Counted from the first letter of the whole stretch, positions 23,884-36,370 are shown. The stretch: 63,853 bases of DNA, filler included, from Globobulimina sp. (GCA_003354225.1; 30 parts of 30 records of this genome joined end to end with filler, not necessarily neighbours in it), one strand, 5' to 3'. Program-made: numbers and translations. The notes: a model not told the origin generated them from the letters alone.

Positions 23884-25494
23884 ATGAGTCAGCCATCGGA
23901 ATCTGATTGCAATCCGACCGACGAATATCATCCACCAAACAAAAAGCGTAAAGTAAATCATATCGACAGTTAAGTCTCACAAAATTCCTGCAATTTTTTT
24001 CAAAAATTAATTATTTAAATTAACACATATGAATACAACACAGCGCCTCACCCACAACGTAGATCCACGCGATTAGCTTGCAAACAATCACAAAATGTAT
24101 CCCCTCACAAACACCAGAACGGATATTCACAGTTAGATGGTATCGATGAACAGACAGGAAACGAGCATAAAGATATAAGTCAACCAACTACCACAAATCC
24201 CACCTCTCCGACACTCAGAAAGTCCAAACGCTTACAATCCAAAAACAACAACATTAACAACAATGTCTTGCAAGAAACCGATTTCCCCACAAATGCATCC
24301 TCCATCGTGCCAATCCTCGACGCTTCAAATGCCAATAAATGGAGCAATCGGTTACGAAAATCCACCCGCATAAAACCACCGCATCGCACGGGAACCGACG
24401 AAGACGACGACACCATCAAAAACAAAAAAAAGCGTGATTCTGATTATGGCGATGCTGAATTCGAGCAAGATTTGCAAGTTCTCGTCTTTTTCCCCACTGT
24501 TTACACATATCGGCGTTGCACATTCCATTTGCAAAACAAATACGTTTTCTAGGAGGAAGATGCAGAAATTGACGACATGAACGACGCAGACGACATGGAC
24601 CTGAATGACGAAGATGAATCCGATGGCTTTACGTCGGGCGGTGGTCGCCGACGATCCAAGCGATTATCTGCAAAATCCACCATTCATTATTTCAACGATG
24701 GCGCGGCGATGCAAAATGGAAACGGCACCACAGAAATACATGAAAATGGCAATGGCGCCGCCGAGAAATCCAAATCCAACTCGTTGCCATTAGCCCTCCG
24801 TCGCTCTAAACGCAATCGCAAACCGACGGTACGCATCTATGAAATGGAACAATTCAAACAATACAAAATCCAGCAAGATCGCCGGCAATCGCTGCGTAAG
24901 AAAAACCCGGTAAACTACGCGGAATCTCCCGACGAAGAACAAGCGAGCTCCGACGAAGTAGGCACTTCCTTCTCGCCCCACAGAACTCGCCGTAGTCGCA
25001 GCAAAAACCTCCGCAAACGCAAGAAAAGCCGCGTCCGTGGCCGTGGGCGAGGCCGTGGTCGCCGCAGATCCGTCTCGTATGCAGATAGCAGCGACGATTC
25101 CTCCTCGGAATACTCTACGGATACATTCATGGATATGCGTGAACAGAAACGCATTCGCCGCGAACGCAAGAAAATAAAACCGATCCAATTGCACGACTTA
25201 GGCCTGTACCACGACGGCATGGCGCCCAATCTCAACAAAAACAAAGCCAAACAGGCGCCGGCAGACATATCCCCGATGGACATCGACATGGACATCAGCT
25301 GGGATATGGTGGGCGGACTGCAACATCACGTGCAGAAATTGAAGGAGATGGTGATTTTGCCGTTGCTGTACCCGCGCGAGTTCGAAGCATTTAAGATGTC
25401 GACGCCGAAAGGGGTGCTGTTCCACGGCCCTCCGGGTACGGGCAAGACGCTCGTGGCCCGCATATTGGCCGCGCAGTGCTCGCAAGGCACCAAT
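23884..25494 (+). CDS. ATAD2: ATAD2/Yta7-like AAA+ ATPase, N-terminal part; introns 23969-24043 and 24478-24552
   Basis: ADISPMDID..SWDMVGGL..HVQKLKEMVILPLLYP..F..F....PKGVLFHGPPGTGKTLVAR after a long acidic/Arg-Ser-rich region. Confidence 0.85.
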
Positions 25495-25594
25495 NNNNNN
25501 NNNNNNNNNNNNNNNNNNNNNNNNNNNNNNNNNNNNNNTTAATTAATTAANNNNNNNNNNNNNNNNNNNNNNNNNNNNNNNNNNNNNNNNNNNN

Positions 25595-26040
25595 ACCCGT
25601 TGAACCAAAAGCAGCGCCGGAGTCCAAGCAAGAACCGCAAGTATCGGATGTCAAAGAAGAGTACTTTGAATCTGTGGAAGATGACGGTGTAAAAGAAAAC
25701 GGCACAGTTCGAGTGACAGTGAATGCACAGAGATTAGAGACAATGTGGGCTGAGGCAGAGTTGGGCGTAAATGAGGATAAAGGAATGTATTTAGGCGCAG
25801 TGGGCAAAATTACTGAGATAGAGGAAGATGACGACACTGTACAGCTACGATGGGGCAATTACGATACGTGTTGGATCCCAATTAAAGCTTGCGTTTTTTA
25901 GTAAATTCTCTATTTATTCCACTTTTGCACTGCGAAAATGCGATGCTTTATCATTTTCAAGAAATTTCCTATTACTTAATATACAGAATTCAAATGGAGC
26001 AGAACCAACATTGCCAAATGGAATGAACCCTCATTTGTAA
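25595..26040 (+). CDS. 3' part of a protein with a Mind-bomb-repeat (SH3_15-like) domain; intron about 25893-25986
   Basis: GTVRV..RLETMW..GMYLGAVGKITEIEEDDDTVQLRW..W.P..C. Confidence 0.55.
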
Positions 26041-26423
26041 ATAAAGAAATGCAATTTTATAAATACGGATCATAATCAATTACTATTTGTGAATGTATTT
26101 CTTATTTATAGTGCTAATGAATGAGTTTTTTTTTCTCGCCTAATAATATTAATTAATTTTTACAAACATTGCATTATAAACTAAATTGATTAGGCGTTGT
26201 GTGCAAGGATACTAAAAATGTGGTTCCGTCTAGAAACAGAGTCACCTCAAATTACAGAGAAATTCAGGAAGCACAGACAATTCAGATTTGTGTACGTTAC
26301 GTTTGTTTATGATTTGCAACAGCATACAAATACACAAAATAATCTGACGTTGAAAACATGTGCTCTTTATCGGATTTGTCGTGAAATCGTTATAATTAAA
26401 TATATTTTTGGTGTCAAAAGGAT

Positions 26424-26880
26424 TTATTTATGTTTCATATCGATAATATCATAGATCAATGGATGATTATCCTCATTATCTCTTTCAATTTGCAATTCCG
26501 AATCTACATTGACTTTTTTGTTTTCATTGTGATTCGTCTCCGATAAAAACACTGAAAGAGAATGTTGCAACCCGTGAAATGTCATATATTCGTTAATTAG
26601 TTCATGTATCAATAATTCCTTCTTATTCCATTGCATTTTATTTGTTGTACTTTTGATATCTTCCATATTGTCATTGGCTCTCTTTTCTACATTGTCAACT
26701 CCCAATTCCTTTCCTATTTGCAACGATGCGAATATCTCCGCTCTTATTTTGGCTTTCAATTCCGATAATACTCCTTTCTCCTCCAATACTTGTTTGACAG
26801 CTATTAAACCATCCAATACATCGCAATGCACACAAAACAAACACAACAAATCAACATATACCATTTGTAAGACTGTCCAT
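26424..26880 (-). CDS. CEP20: FOPNL/FOR20 (CEP20) LisH-domain centriolar protein; intron 26801-26861
   Basis: Spliced MDSLTNAVKQVLEEKGVLSELKAKIRAEIF..LLIHELINEYMTFHGLQHSLSVFLSET. Confidence 0.8.
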
Positions 26881-26979
26881 GTTTACTTTGTAGAATTCAC
26901 TGGAACAAAAAAGATGAAAATGTATGAACTTAGTTCGAAAACATTAATTTGCACGCTTCAAAATGACAACATTTAGTAT

Positions 26980-27417
26980 TTATTGATTTTTCAATTCATT
27001 TATCCATTCTCTGATACGACTGCGAGGTCCAATTTTAGGTATAAGATGTTTTAAATCATCTTCACTCAAATTAATCAGCTCAGCATCGTATATTTCTTCG
27101 ACACAACACCTTTGAAAATAGAATTTCCAGTCATCGCCACATAATATCTTCAATGCTTCCATAAGTTTTCCATTTTGCTTAACTTCCTTATCAACGATGT
27201 CTACATCTTGCTTTTCCTCTTCTTCATTATGTGGATCCACTTTACTTTTTACATTATGTACATGAAAATTTACTAACTGCTTTTGCATATTTTGCCGTTC
27301 CTTTTGACCTCGTTTCAACTGCGTTGTTTTCACAAAATTAGATATATCCTCATCTGTATAATTGGAGATCAGTACCATTTTAAATGCATGTTTCCCTCTG
27401 CCATAATAATGAGACAT
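26980..27417 (-). CDS. Small protein with a C-terminal SAM-like domain
   Basis: EEIYDAELINLSEDDLKHLIPKIGPRSRI. Confidence 0.7.
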   Translation of the reverse strand: MSHYYGRGKHAFKMVLISNYTDEDISNFVKTTQLKRGQKERQNMQKQLVNFHVHNVKSKVDPHNEEEEKQDVDIVDKEVKQNGKLMEALKILCGDDWKFYFQRCCVEEIYDAELINLSEDDLKHLIPKIGPRSRIREWINELKNQ

Positions 27418-27506
27418 TTTTTGTTTTATCTCAAACTATATAGAAACCAAACTACTTTCTATTACAATCTAACTCAAAACAAAACACACAAATCACACCA
27501 AACTGC

Positions 27507-27626
27507 ACATTTTTGATAGCATTTTACACCTCCAACATTGTCACATTTCACCTCCAAACCAAACCTTGTGCCACTTGGAAATGAATATATCATCGATTGC
27601 ATCAATTGAGTGCCTAAGCCCTTGCC
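27507..27626 (-). CDS. C-terminal fragment of a GNAT N-acetyltransferase (not in the ORF track)
   Basis: GKGLGTQLM..LEVKCDNVGGVKCYQKC matches GNAT motifs A and B. Confidence 0.55.
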
Positions 27627-27832
27627 NNNNNNNNNNNNNNNNNNNNNNNNNNNNNNNNNNNNNNNNNNNNTTAATTAATTAANNNNNNNNNNNNNNNNNN
27701 NNNNNNNNNNNNNNNNNNNNNNNNNNATTCATTATCATTCATTACAAGTCATTCCCAATCATATCCATTAATTCCTATTCAAATCCATTCAATATATAAT
27801 TGTAAAATAAATGAAATGAATGCCAGTCTTAT

Positions 27833-28307
27833 TTGGATTGGGTCTTAGTAATTTTGCATAATATGAAAGAGGAAAATGTTGCAAAAGCAATTAAATATAA
27901 AGATATTATAATTAGTTCGGATGGTTTGCCGTTTGTTGATAAAAAGTATGGCCATCCAAGAGCATCTGGGACATTTTCAAGAGTTTTATCAAAATATGTG
28001 AGGAGTGAAGGTATTATTAATTTAATGGATGCAATCAAAAAAATGAGTTATTTACCATCCAAATTGTTGGAAAAGCTATCTGATGATTTTAAATTTAGAG
28101 GAAAAATACAAATTGGCTGTTTTGCGGATATTACCATTTTCGATAAGGATAAGGTAATTGATATGGGTACGTGTAATGTATGTGTTTGTGAATGGGGTTA
28201 TGATTGTGCAAAATCAAAGGATTGTACCTAATGTGTATCCTGGAAGACCGTTGAGATCAGACTTATATCATTATTTTCTTCAAAGTGATGATAAAATTGA
28301 ATTATAA
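27833..28307 (+). CDS. N-acyl-D-amino-acid deacylase/amidohydrolase C-terminus with a frameshift at about 28171
   Basis: SDG..GHPRASGTFSRVL..AIKKMSYLP..RGKIQIGCFADITIFD; continues in another frame as VMYVFVNG..VYPGRPLR. Confidence 0.8.
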
Positions 28308-28432
28308 CTAGAAACATATCGTTCTCTTCCAAACGATTGCTTTCACAGCTCTTAGAGTAAAGTGGCTATAAAGTTTTTGTGTTTTTGATTTTATCAGAAG
28401 CGGTTTTTCCGCAAAACTGCCTTCACCTTAAA

Positions 28433-29758
28433 ATGTCAAAGGAGAAAATAAAGCAAACTCAAACAAACTGCGTTAAAAGAAAAAGGGTACAACGCGTTGT
28501 AAAAAATGCATATGTTGATGTTTATGATGTGACTGCTCAACCCGGTGATAATTATTGCGAATGGATCAAAATAACTAAACAAAGGCTCAAAGTCAGGATT
28601 ATATTTGCATGCATTCAATTATTTTATTTGCATACTATACATATATGTTATACCATTTAAATACCATTTAATTATAAAGTAGTTTCAAAAATCATTCTCC
28701 GTTAAAAATACGCATTGGGGATTAAAGCATTTGCAACTTTGCTACTAAAAATTGGTGCGACGTCACAGTGTGTTTATTTGGACCAAATATTTGGTCCATT
28801 GGACCAAATCTGATTTGGTGTGGACCAAAGTGGACCAAATAAATGGACTAGCTCGGAATATTGAAATAAAAACACTGTGCGACGTCGACAATGTTTTTTG
28901 TTAATTATTTTATACGTTTATGTTAATTATTTAACATTAAGGACCGTGATCGCGTGTTATTACACATCAAAATCCAGAAACTGCAATCAATTGTAACCCA
29001 CGAGTTAGCAGCGAATGGTTTCCAACCAACCCAATTTATGGTGAAACAAGCAATCGTCGATAACACGTTGGCGGCATTCAGCAATAAGGTCAATGCCTGG
29101 AAAGGAATCAATATCAAACGGAGGATATCACCGTTTCTACGATTCTATGATTATTTTTGTGTCGGAAAAAAATGGTGGGATCGATCGAAAACAAACATAT
29201 CAGGCGATTTATTTTGGTGTAATATTTTTGCGTTCATCCAAAAGGTCTGTAATATCGATCTATATCTAAATTAATATTTGTGTACATGTTCCCCCCGCAT
29301 TAGTTACATAAATTTGTGCTATTTTACGCATTGAAGATTAAAGGATGTGCAACTTTGCTATTACAGGGACTAAAACCGCAAAGTTGTAAATCCTTAAAGT
29401 ATTAAATTAAATCCACAAATCCATAGTCCATAGGGCAATGATTACAGAATTGTAGCATTTCATTCACTGTCATTAAGATATATGTTAATTTTTTTGTATA
29501 TGTTAATTTTTTAAGATTGTGCGAAATAATTATCGTTTATTGTTTAAAATTATTTCCGCGTTAATTGATGGCACCGTGAAATATAATAATACCAAATCGC
29601 AACCATTGATCAGCAACATCACCCTGACACATTCCAAGCAGATCCGTGAGTATTTATTTAATATAAATAATTCGTTAACAATTAAGCAGTGGGTTCAAGA
29701 GAATAACAAAAAAAAAGGAAATGCAAATGTTGTTCGAGAGAAAATCCGACACGGCCTC
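28433..29758 (+). CDS. Multi-exon hypothetical protein, 3' truncated
   Basis: Coding-like blocks (28433-28590, 28942-29243, 29516-29758) separated by AT-rich, intron-like gaps; exon model not resolved. Confidence 0.45.
28764..28879. mobile_element. 116-bp MITE with CACAGTG termini (Transib/RAG-like) and CGACGT flanking duplication
   Basis: TIR CACAGTGTGTTTATTT vs CACAGTGTTTTTATTT (15/16); CGACGT at 28758-63 and 28880-85; internal TGGACCAAA repeats. Confidence 0.75.
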
Positions 29759-30091
29759 NNNNNNNNNNNNNNNNNNNNNNNNNNNNNNNNNNNNNNNNNN
29801 NNTTAATTAATTAANNNNNNNNNNNNNNNNNNNNNNNNNNNNNNNNNNNNNNNNNNNNTGGTGACTGACAAAGGCAAAAATTATATAGGTTTGCCTTCGT
29901 TTCTCAGAAACAATAATAGTCTGACGTTGAAAACCGGATGCTCTTTAATTCAATCTAATTAATGTTTAATTTAATTTGTCCACATTTTCATCCTTCAATC
30001 CATAATTCCATAAAGCTCTTACAAGGTCATCTGAATATATAACACTAATTATATTTATAGTTTAATGAAAAACCTTTTATGAATAAAAATC

Positions 30092-31890
30092 ATGTGGCAA
30101 TCTGAACATAGTAATGGTGACGAATTGCGCCATGCATGTTTACACAACGACGTGGCGACAGTACGCAAACTACGCAAATTAAATAATGTAAATATAGAAA
30201 TCGAAGATTCGAATTGTACAACCCCTCTAATGCTTGCATGTTATTATGGAAATTACGATGTTGTTTACGAATTGATCTCCAATCAAAACGCATTGATTGA
30301 TCATGGAAACAATATGGGTGCAAATCCATTGCATTACGCCTGCGAACAGCAACACATTGAGATTGTAAAATTATTACTCGACAACAACGCAAACATAAAT
30401 ATCCAAACCAAAAAAGGCTATACGCCGTTACATTACGCGGCCACTACAAATAATTTTGAATTATGTAAACTTTTATTATTATGCGGCGCAAACAAAACAG
30501 CCAAAGATATTTATGGTCAGAGCGCCGTCAACATCGTCAATAAGAAAAAACGCACCGATATCATTTGTCTATTCCAATTAGAAACCAATGATGAAATAAA
30601 AAAATTACAAAGCCATCGTCAACACACAAATCCATTGAAATCTATTAAAAGCAACACTCATTCCATCGAATTAGAAAAAGAGCGCATTATGCGAGGCGAG
30701 ATAAGCACATTAAAGGATATATTAAATGAGATTTCCTACGAAAACGATCGCAGAGTCGACAAATTGATGCAACGCATCGGCTGTATTGAAGATTATGTGC
30801 AAGGACTGTCCGTTTCTGTGCACTCCATTTTAGAAACGCCAAAATTTCGCAATATGCACATTACTGTTCCTCAGAAACAACATATTGTAATCACCGAAAT
30901 GGAGATTGCGATGGATATCGATACGCCCATTACAGAATTGAATACACCAATGTCTGATCGCGACAATGTGCCTATTGACTTGCATACAGATATCGATATC
31001 GATTATGAATATGACTTAGAACAGTTAGAAGATGATGGCTGCAGAGACCGACCCGGTTTGCACGCGATACCGTCATTGCGACCGGAGGCAAATTCATTAG
31101 ATTTGGGTGGCTTCAGTGATGACGAAGGCACTACGATGACGGGTACGGCCTATTCGACTACGCCTAAATTGGCCAATATTGTGCAGGATGAAGTGGATGG
31201 CATTGACGCAGACGCTGTGCTGGTACATATGTCGCCTATTACGGAGTACATAGACGATGGTGATGTGAGTAATCCGACGCCTACGCCTGCGATGTTTACC
31301 ACTTTGCTGAAAAATCAATATAATTCATCGCCGGTAGCCCCTACACCATATACTTCACCGCATAAACCACGTACTCTTATTCAAAGCGATGAGCATCGGC
31401 AAAGAGCTAAGACCGAATCTAAATAGTTTGTAACATACATTTTGTTTATTAATTGCTGCTATAAACTGATAAAACATAATCAAAAACAAGTGCGAATTAT
31501 GATGGCATTGCGCCGCATATCAACGATGATGACATTCATAATTATCCAGACTTAGATGATGCAGAAGCTACGTATCGAGAAATTGTGATTTCTGAAGAAG
31601 AATATGTCAAATTAATGTGTGCTCGGCCGGAAACAGTCCGGCATCATAGCGATCCCATAATGCATGTAAATAGAGATCCGGGCCATGGCCAAATGAGCGA
31701 TATCGCCATACCAAATACCATTGGTATGCTAGGTATAATATCTCCGACCACCGTGGATGCGGTGCGACGGAGCACTTTGCATCACGAAGAAATGACGAAT
31801 GCGGCTCGCAAATTCGAGTCAGGAACGTTTTATAGCGGCAGGAAAATCAGCGTCAAGCTCAAGAAGGCGAAGGCACGACGCAATCGGACA
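30092..31890 (+). CDS. Ankyrin-repeat protein with coiled coil and acidic tail; probably continues in a further exon to the contig end
   Basis: TPLMLAC, NPLHYAC, TPLHYAA ankyrin cores. Confidence 0.85.
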
Positions 31891-32075
31891 NNNNNNNNNN
31901 NNNNNNNNNNNNNNNNNNNNNNNNNNNNNNNNNNTTAATTAATTAANNNNNNNNNNNNNNNNNNNNNNNNNNNNNNNNNNNNNNNNNNNNCTCGTGGCCT
32001 GCAAAATGGCGTCCTTGGCTTCAGCTGAGCCTCGTCTGGGGCCTTTCCAAGACCCAAAAGGGGAGCCCGCGCCTA

Positions 32076-32651
32076 AGCGATCCACATTTTAATATCATTG
32101 GACTCGAACCTTGCGGTGTTTGCAAAGAATATTTGCAAAAATTCCAAGAGGAATCTCCGGAATTCTGTGTGGTGACCTTTCCGGATTCCGAATTTAAATC
32201 AATTTATGAATATTTTCCAGCTAATTATCCAGTTGAAAATGTTGACGCGGAACAAACACAAAAGGCATTGGAACAAATCTGGATATGTTTAAGTTGCGAT
32301 GTTTCTAATTCGGGATATTCCACAGATTGTTATCTTTGTGTGTATCCAAAAAATGCAATGTCGCGGAAATTTAAATATTCAATATTTCAAAATCCTTCCT
32401 TAGCATTGAAAGTAGTTAATGCAATCCATGAAAATTATTATCCGGACGAAGCATTCACATACATTGATATAAGCGGTAAATTAAATGATTTGGATACAAA
32501 GCAATGTTACATTGTACATGACATTTTGACGCATTTAGCTTCTTCAAGACGCAAAGTACTGTATCGACTCGAATGTAACAAGAAATTCAAAGTATATAAA
32601 GAATCATTTGGAAATTATAGAGAGTCTCTCACAAAGAATCTTCATCATTGA
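32076..32651 (+). CDS. Cytidine-deaminase-like protein, 5' end missing
   Basis: Frame upstream of 32133 reads IGLEPCGVCKEYLQKF..KSIYEYFP (PCxxC plus CDA C-terminal pattern); the HxE motif is not in the contig. Confidence 0.4.
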   Translation, partial: SDPHFNIIGLEPCGVCKEYLQKFQEESPEFCVVTFPDSEFKSIYEYFPANYPVENVDAEQTQKALEQIWICLSCDVSNSGYSTDCYLCVYPKNAMSRKFKYSIFQNPSLALKVVNAIHENYYPDEAFTYIDISGKLNDLDTKQCYIVHDILTHLASSRRKVLYRLECNKKFKVYKESFGNYRESLTKNLHH

Positions 32652-32808
32652 ATTCATTGATTTTTGTTCCTATTTGGATTAATAACTATAATTTCGGAAT
32701 TTCAAAGCTAGAAAGAAGCACAACAATTAAAAACAATTGACTTTTTAGGTTCACACTTCTAAACACTTCTTTTGTGATTGACTAAGTTTTTTCAAGCTTT
32801 TTGCACAT

Positions 32809-34021
32809 TCAGTCTGGAATTGGCGCACGCATAGCACCAAAATAATTAACTGTCCCCAACACATCTCTTTCGTTTTGATATCTCATAAAATTGCGTCTGC
32901 ATTCATTATGAATCTCTGTGGTTAAAGCAATATATTTTTTATCTCCAACTACAAATAAAACAGTAATATTACAAATAAATTGTACATTTAAAGTATCCAA
33001 TAATTTCCTACAATAATATTTAATAAAATGCATTGTATGATATTTCCAGTTAACAATAACATTTTTGGCAGAAATTAATCGATTTTTTGGGTTTATTAAA
33101 TGAAAGGCAATTATTTTCCTAACACCAGTGCCATACAATTTATTTACTTTATGGAAACATTTATAATTATTAAATACAATTTGAGTGCCCTCACACACGG
33201 ATATTGGACAAGAAATAAACCCTCTCCGTTGGTTGTAATATCTCTCATCACTCGATTTAATGCATATTAATTCCAATTCGCCGCCGCCTATTCCTTTGGA
33301 TATCTCATAATAATACAATCCAACGGCCATAATATCTTCATATAAACCTTCTTTATGGAAATTGCCATAATAACTCTCTTCCTCATCACACTCAGAAATA
33401 TCATTAATAAGATAAGCTTGGATTTTCACAATGCATTCTAATTCGTAATCTCTTCGATGTTTGTCAATTTATTACAGAAATAAACGACATGTTTAATGTG
33501 AATACTATTAAAATCACATCAAATATGTGGTTTATTTGCTGTACCTCAAGTTAAGATATGTAATATGTTCAAATTGTTTTACAAATGATAAAAATAGTTG
33601 CGATATTACAGGGTATAAAGTGTTTCTATATTCATAAGGATCTAAGTTTGGTATTTCCGATAACAACTCACATTTTTTCAAATTATTACTCACTTTGAAT
33701 ACAGTCGGTATCCAATGATGATATGAAATACAGTCAAATCTATCATCAATTCCCTTTTTAAATAAATGTGAAAGTTTATTTGAATGTTGTAATGTCGATA
33801 AATGTTTGTCTGGATCGATAATACCTTTTACCTTCCATTTACGTGTCAAAATATTGCCAGCTTTGTCAGTCATTGCTCTTTCAAAAATATCAATATTATC
33901 ATATTTTGCTTCATGTTCATTTACTAAACGTTTCAAATTACAATGCAATTTGTTATCATTTGCAAATGCAACCACATCATTTTCAATTTTATAACAAACA
34001 GTAAATGGATATTTTGTAATG
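32809..34021 (-). CDS. DUF4246-like putative 2OG-Fe(II) oxygenase, at least 2 exons, 5' truncated
   Basis: WIPT.F..SEIPNLDP..LYPVI; FHKEG..EDIMAVGLYYY..EG..IVFNN..HKV..G.RKIIAFHLINP. Confidence 0.75.
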
Positions 34022-34121
34022 NNNNNNNNNNNNNNNNNNNNNNNNNNNNNNNNNNNNNNNNNNNNTTAATTAATTAANNNNNNNNNNNNNNNNNNNNNNN
34101 NNNNNNNNNNNNNNNNNNNNN

Positions 34122-34334
34122 TTGAGAGACTTGTGATAAACCTAAACATTGCACACCAGATAAGTCGACAGGAAATGAAGCGTTTACATCATTGGTACAA
34201 TTGCCATAAATATCATGCACTCCAAAATGGAATAACCATCCAAAATCCATTTTTAATCGAGTACGTGGTTGTTGTCCCAAAATTGGAGAGCAAAGTATTG
34301 CTGTAAACACTACCAAAAGCGTCGGCATGGCCAT
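34122..34334 (-). CDS. Secreted glycoside hydrolase family 2 (beta-galactosidase-like), N-terminus only
   Basis: Signal peptide followed by PRTRLKMDFGWLFHFG. Confidence 0.6.
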
Positions 34335-34365
34335 GGTTTAAATATAACAAAGCAGAGTTCACAAC

Positions 34366-36093
34366 ATGGACATCACCATCAAACTAGTTTTGAAAGGTGA
34401 CATCCGAGGTTTCAATGATGACACTATCAATTTGCAGTCATTGAACCAATTTGTCACACACGCATTTAAAATTAATACATTTCAATTGAGATATTTAGAT
34501 GATGAGCAAGATCAAATTACAATTGCAAATGACTCTGAATTGCAACACGCGATACAAAGAGCAATCAATGATGAACGAAAGTCATTGAAAATATACGTAA
34601 CAATCATGACATCAACAATACAGCCTCAAGAATGGAGCTGTTCCCTCTGTACATATTTAAATAAATCAAATGCAATAATTTGTGCTGCGTGTCAAAATAA
34701 AAAAGAATCCATTCAGGCCGATGATAAATGGCCCTGTCGAATATGTACATTTTTAAATGAATCAAATAAAGCAAACTGTTCAGTATGTGATGAACCAAAC
34801 AAGTTAAGATTTATAAATGTGTCAAAATAACAATGCTATCGATCCTAAATACAAACAAAAGGCAAAACCAGCAAAAGAAATTATAGCAGAATTAAATAAT
34901 TCATCAAAAAAAATCAAAAAACAATCATTATGTTGTCAAAAAGATATTAAATCAAAATTTGAAGAATTAATAATTAAAATTAAAAGCAAAGAAGAAGAAT
35001 TAATAAATAAAATAAAAAACATCGAACAAACTGAAATCAGCAAAATAAACTCAACAATAAAAGAATTAGAGACTTCACCGGAAAATAAAATGGCACAACC
35101 GGTGGTACATAATGCTCGTTCATTTGTAATTACTTTCAAAAATATTGCCGTATCATCCATATGCTCTGTAGATTATGGAAAGAATCATATGTCTGCATTA
35201 CCATCCATATCCAGAGCATTAGGAAAAAGAAGCGGCGTTAGAAGAGGGATACCATCATTCGGAGTGCCTAGACGTTTTGGATTAGGCAAACGTGGAGCGA
35301 GAAGGGGTAGAGGGGCGCCTAGAGCACAGCCCAAAGTGCCTGGATCCGGACATTTTGGGTTTGGAACAGGCAAACGTGGGAAAAGTGTAGCAAAAAGAGG
35401 TAGAGGAGCGGCTACAGCACAGCCTAGAGTGCCTACACATTTTGTATACCAACAACCTGTAAATTGTAGTCAAGTGTCTGACTGTATTCATGTCAAGAGC
35501 ATGATAGCAGTGATGCACAAATATACAAATGCGAAATCATATGATACAATGCGTGACGTAGATACAATGAGTGTTTTTGATATGATTTCACCCATATAAT
35601 ACAAGAACATGATGACGATCAACAGTTTGAATACATTGTAAATCAGCTTAGTGCCTGTGATATTACTAAGTGCACAATTTTTGGTATAATTGGACAATCA
35701 TTAAGCTGTAATCAACAGATATTGAACAAAATACATAATTATTTGCATCATTGTTATGATATCGGAAATAGATTCACCATCAAAGATAAAGAGATTATAA
35801 ATAATGAGAGTAAGGATGAGGAAAAATATGATAGTAAGGATGAATTCGAATGTTTAACAAATAGAAAAGTCATTAAAATGAATAAAATATTACGTGCAAA
35901 ACGTGCAATAATATCTGATGTTGGTGGTCGGTTAAATGAACGCATGCATCAAAAATATGATCAGTTAGTTGTAACGGATGAAAAATGCAGCGATAAAATG
36001 TATCACTTTGGGTACTTATTCCAATATGGTGATGATGACAATGTTTCTCGTCAAAGCATCAAAGTGAATCCCAAATTGACTTTGGCCAACTAA
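34366..36093 (+). CDS. PB1 + two RanBP2 zinc fingers + coiled coil + Gly/Arg-rich protein; probable intron 34819-34861 and frameshift near 35578
   Basis: FQLRYLDDEQDQITIANDSEL; WSCSLCTYLN..C..C and WPCRICTFLN..C..C; the downstream frame YDFTHIIQEH..CDITKC runs into ORF 35722..36093. Confidence 0.75.
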
Positions 36094-36370
36094 GTGATTT
36101 TCGAGACCGTTACATTTCATGTCTCCAATGTCTACACTTGTCTTTTAGATTGNNNNNNNNNNNNNNNNNNNNNNNNNNNNNNNNNNNNNNNNNNNNTTAA
36201 TTAATTAANNNNNNNNNNNNNNNNNNNNNNNNNNNNNNNNNNNNNNNNNNNNGTTTTTTTGTAGCTATTATTTTATATTGGAGATGGAGCTATTATTTTT
36301 TTCAAAAAAATGGATCGATGTACAATATTTTTCGGCCAGATCCGACACAAACTGTGCATTGTCGCATATA

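Noticed and set aside
24790-25485. Antisense ORFs over ATAD2 and similar shadow ORFs elsewhere
   Set aside because: They overlap well-supported genes on the other strand or frame and carry no motifs.
35270-35295. RRFGLGKR as an allatostatin-like neuropeptide precursor
   Set aside because: No signal peptide, cytosolic domain context, only one match in a Gly/Arg-rich tract.
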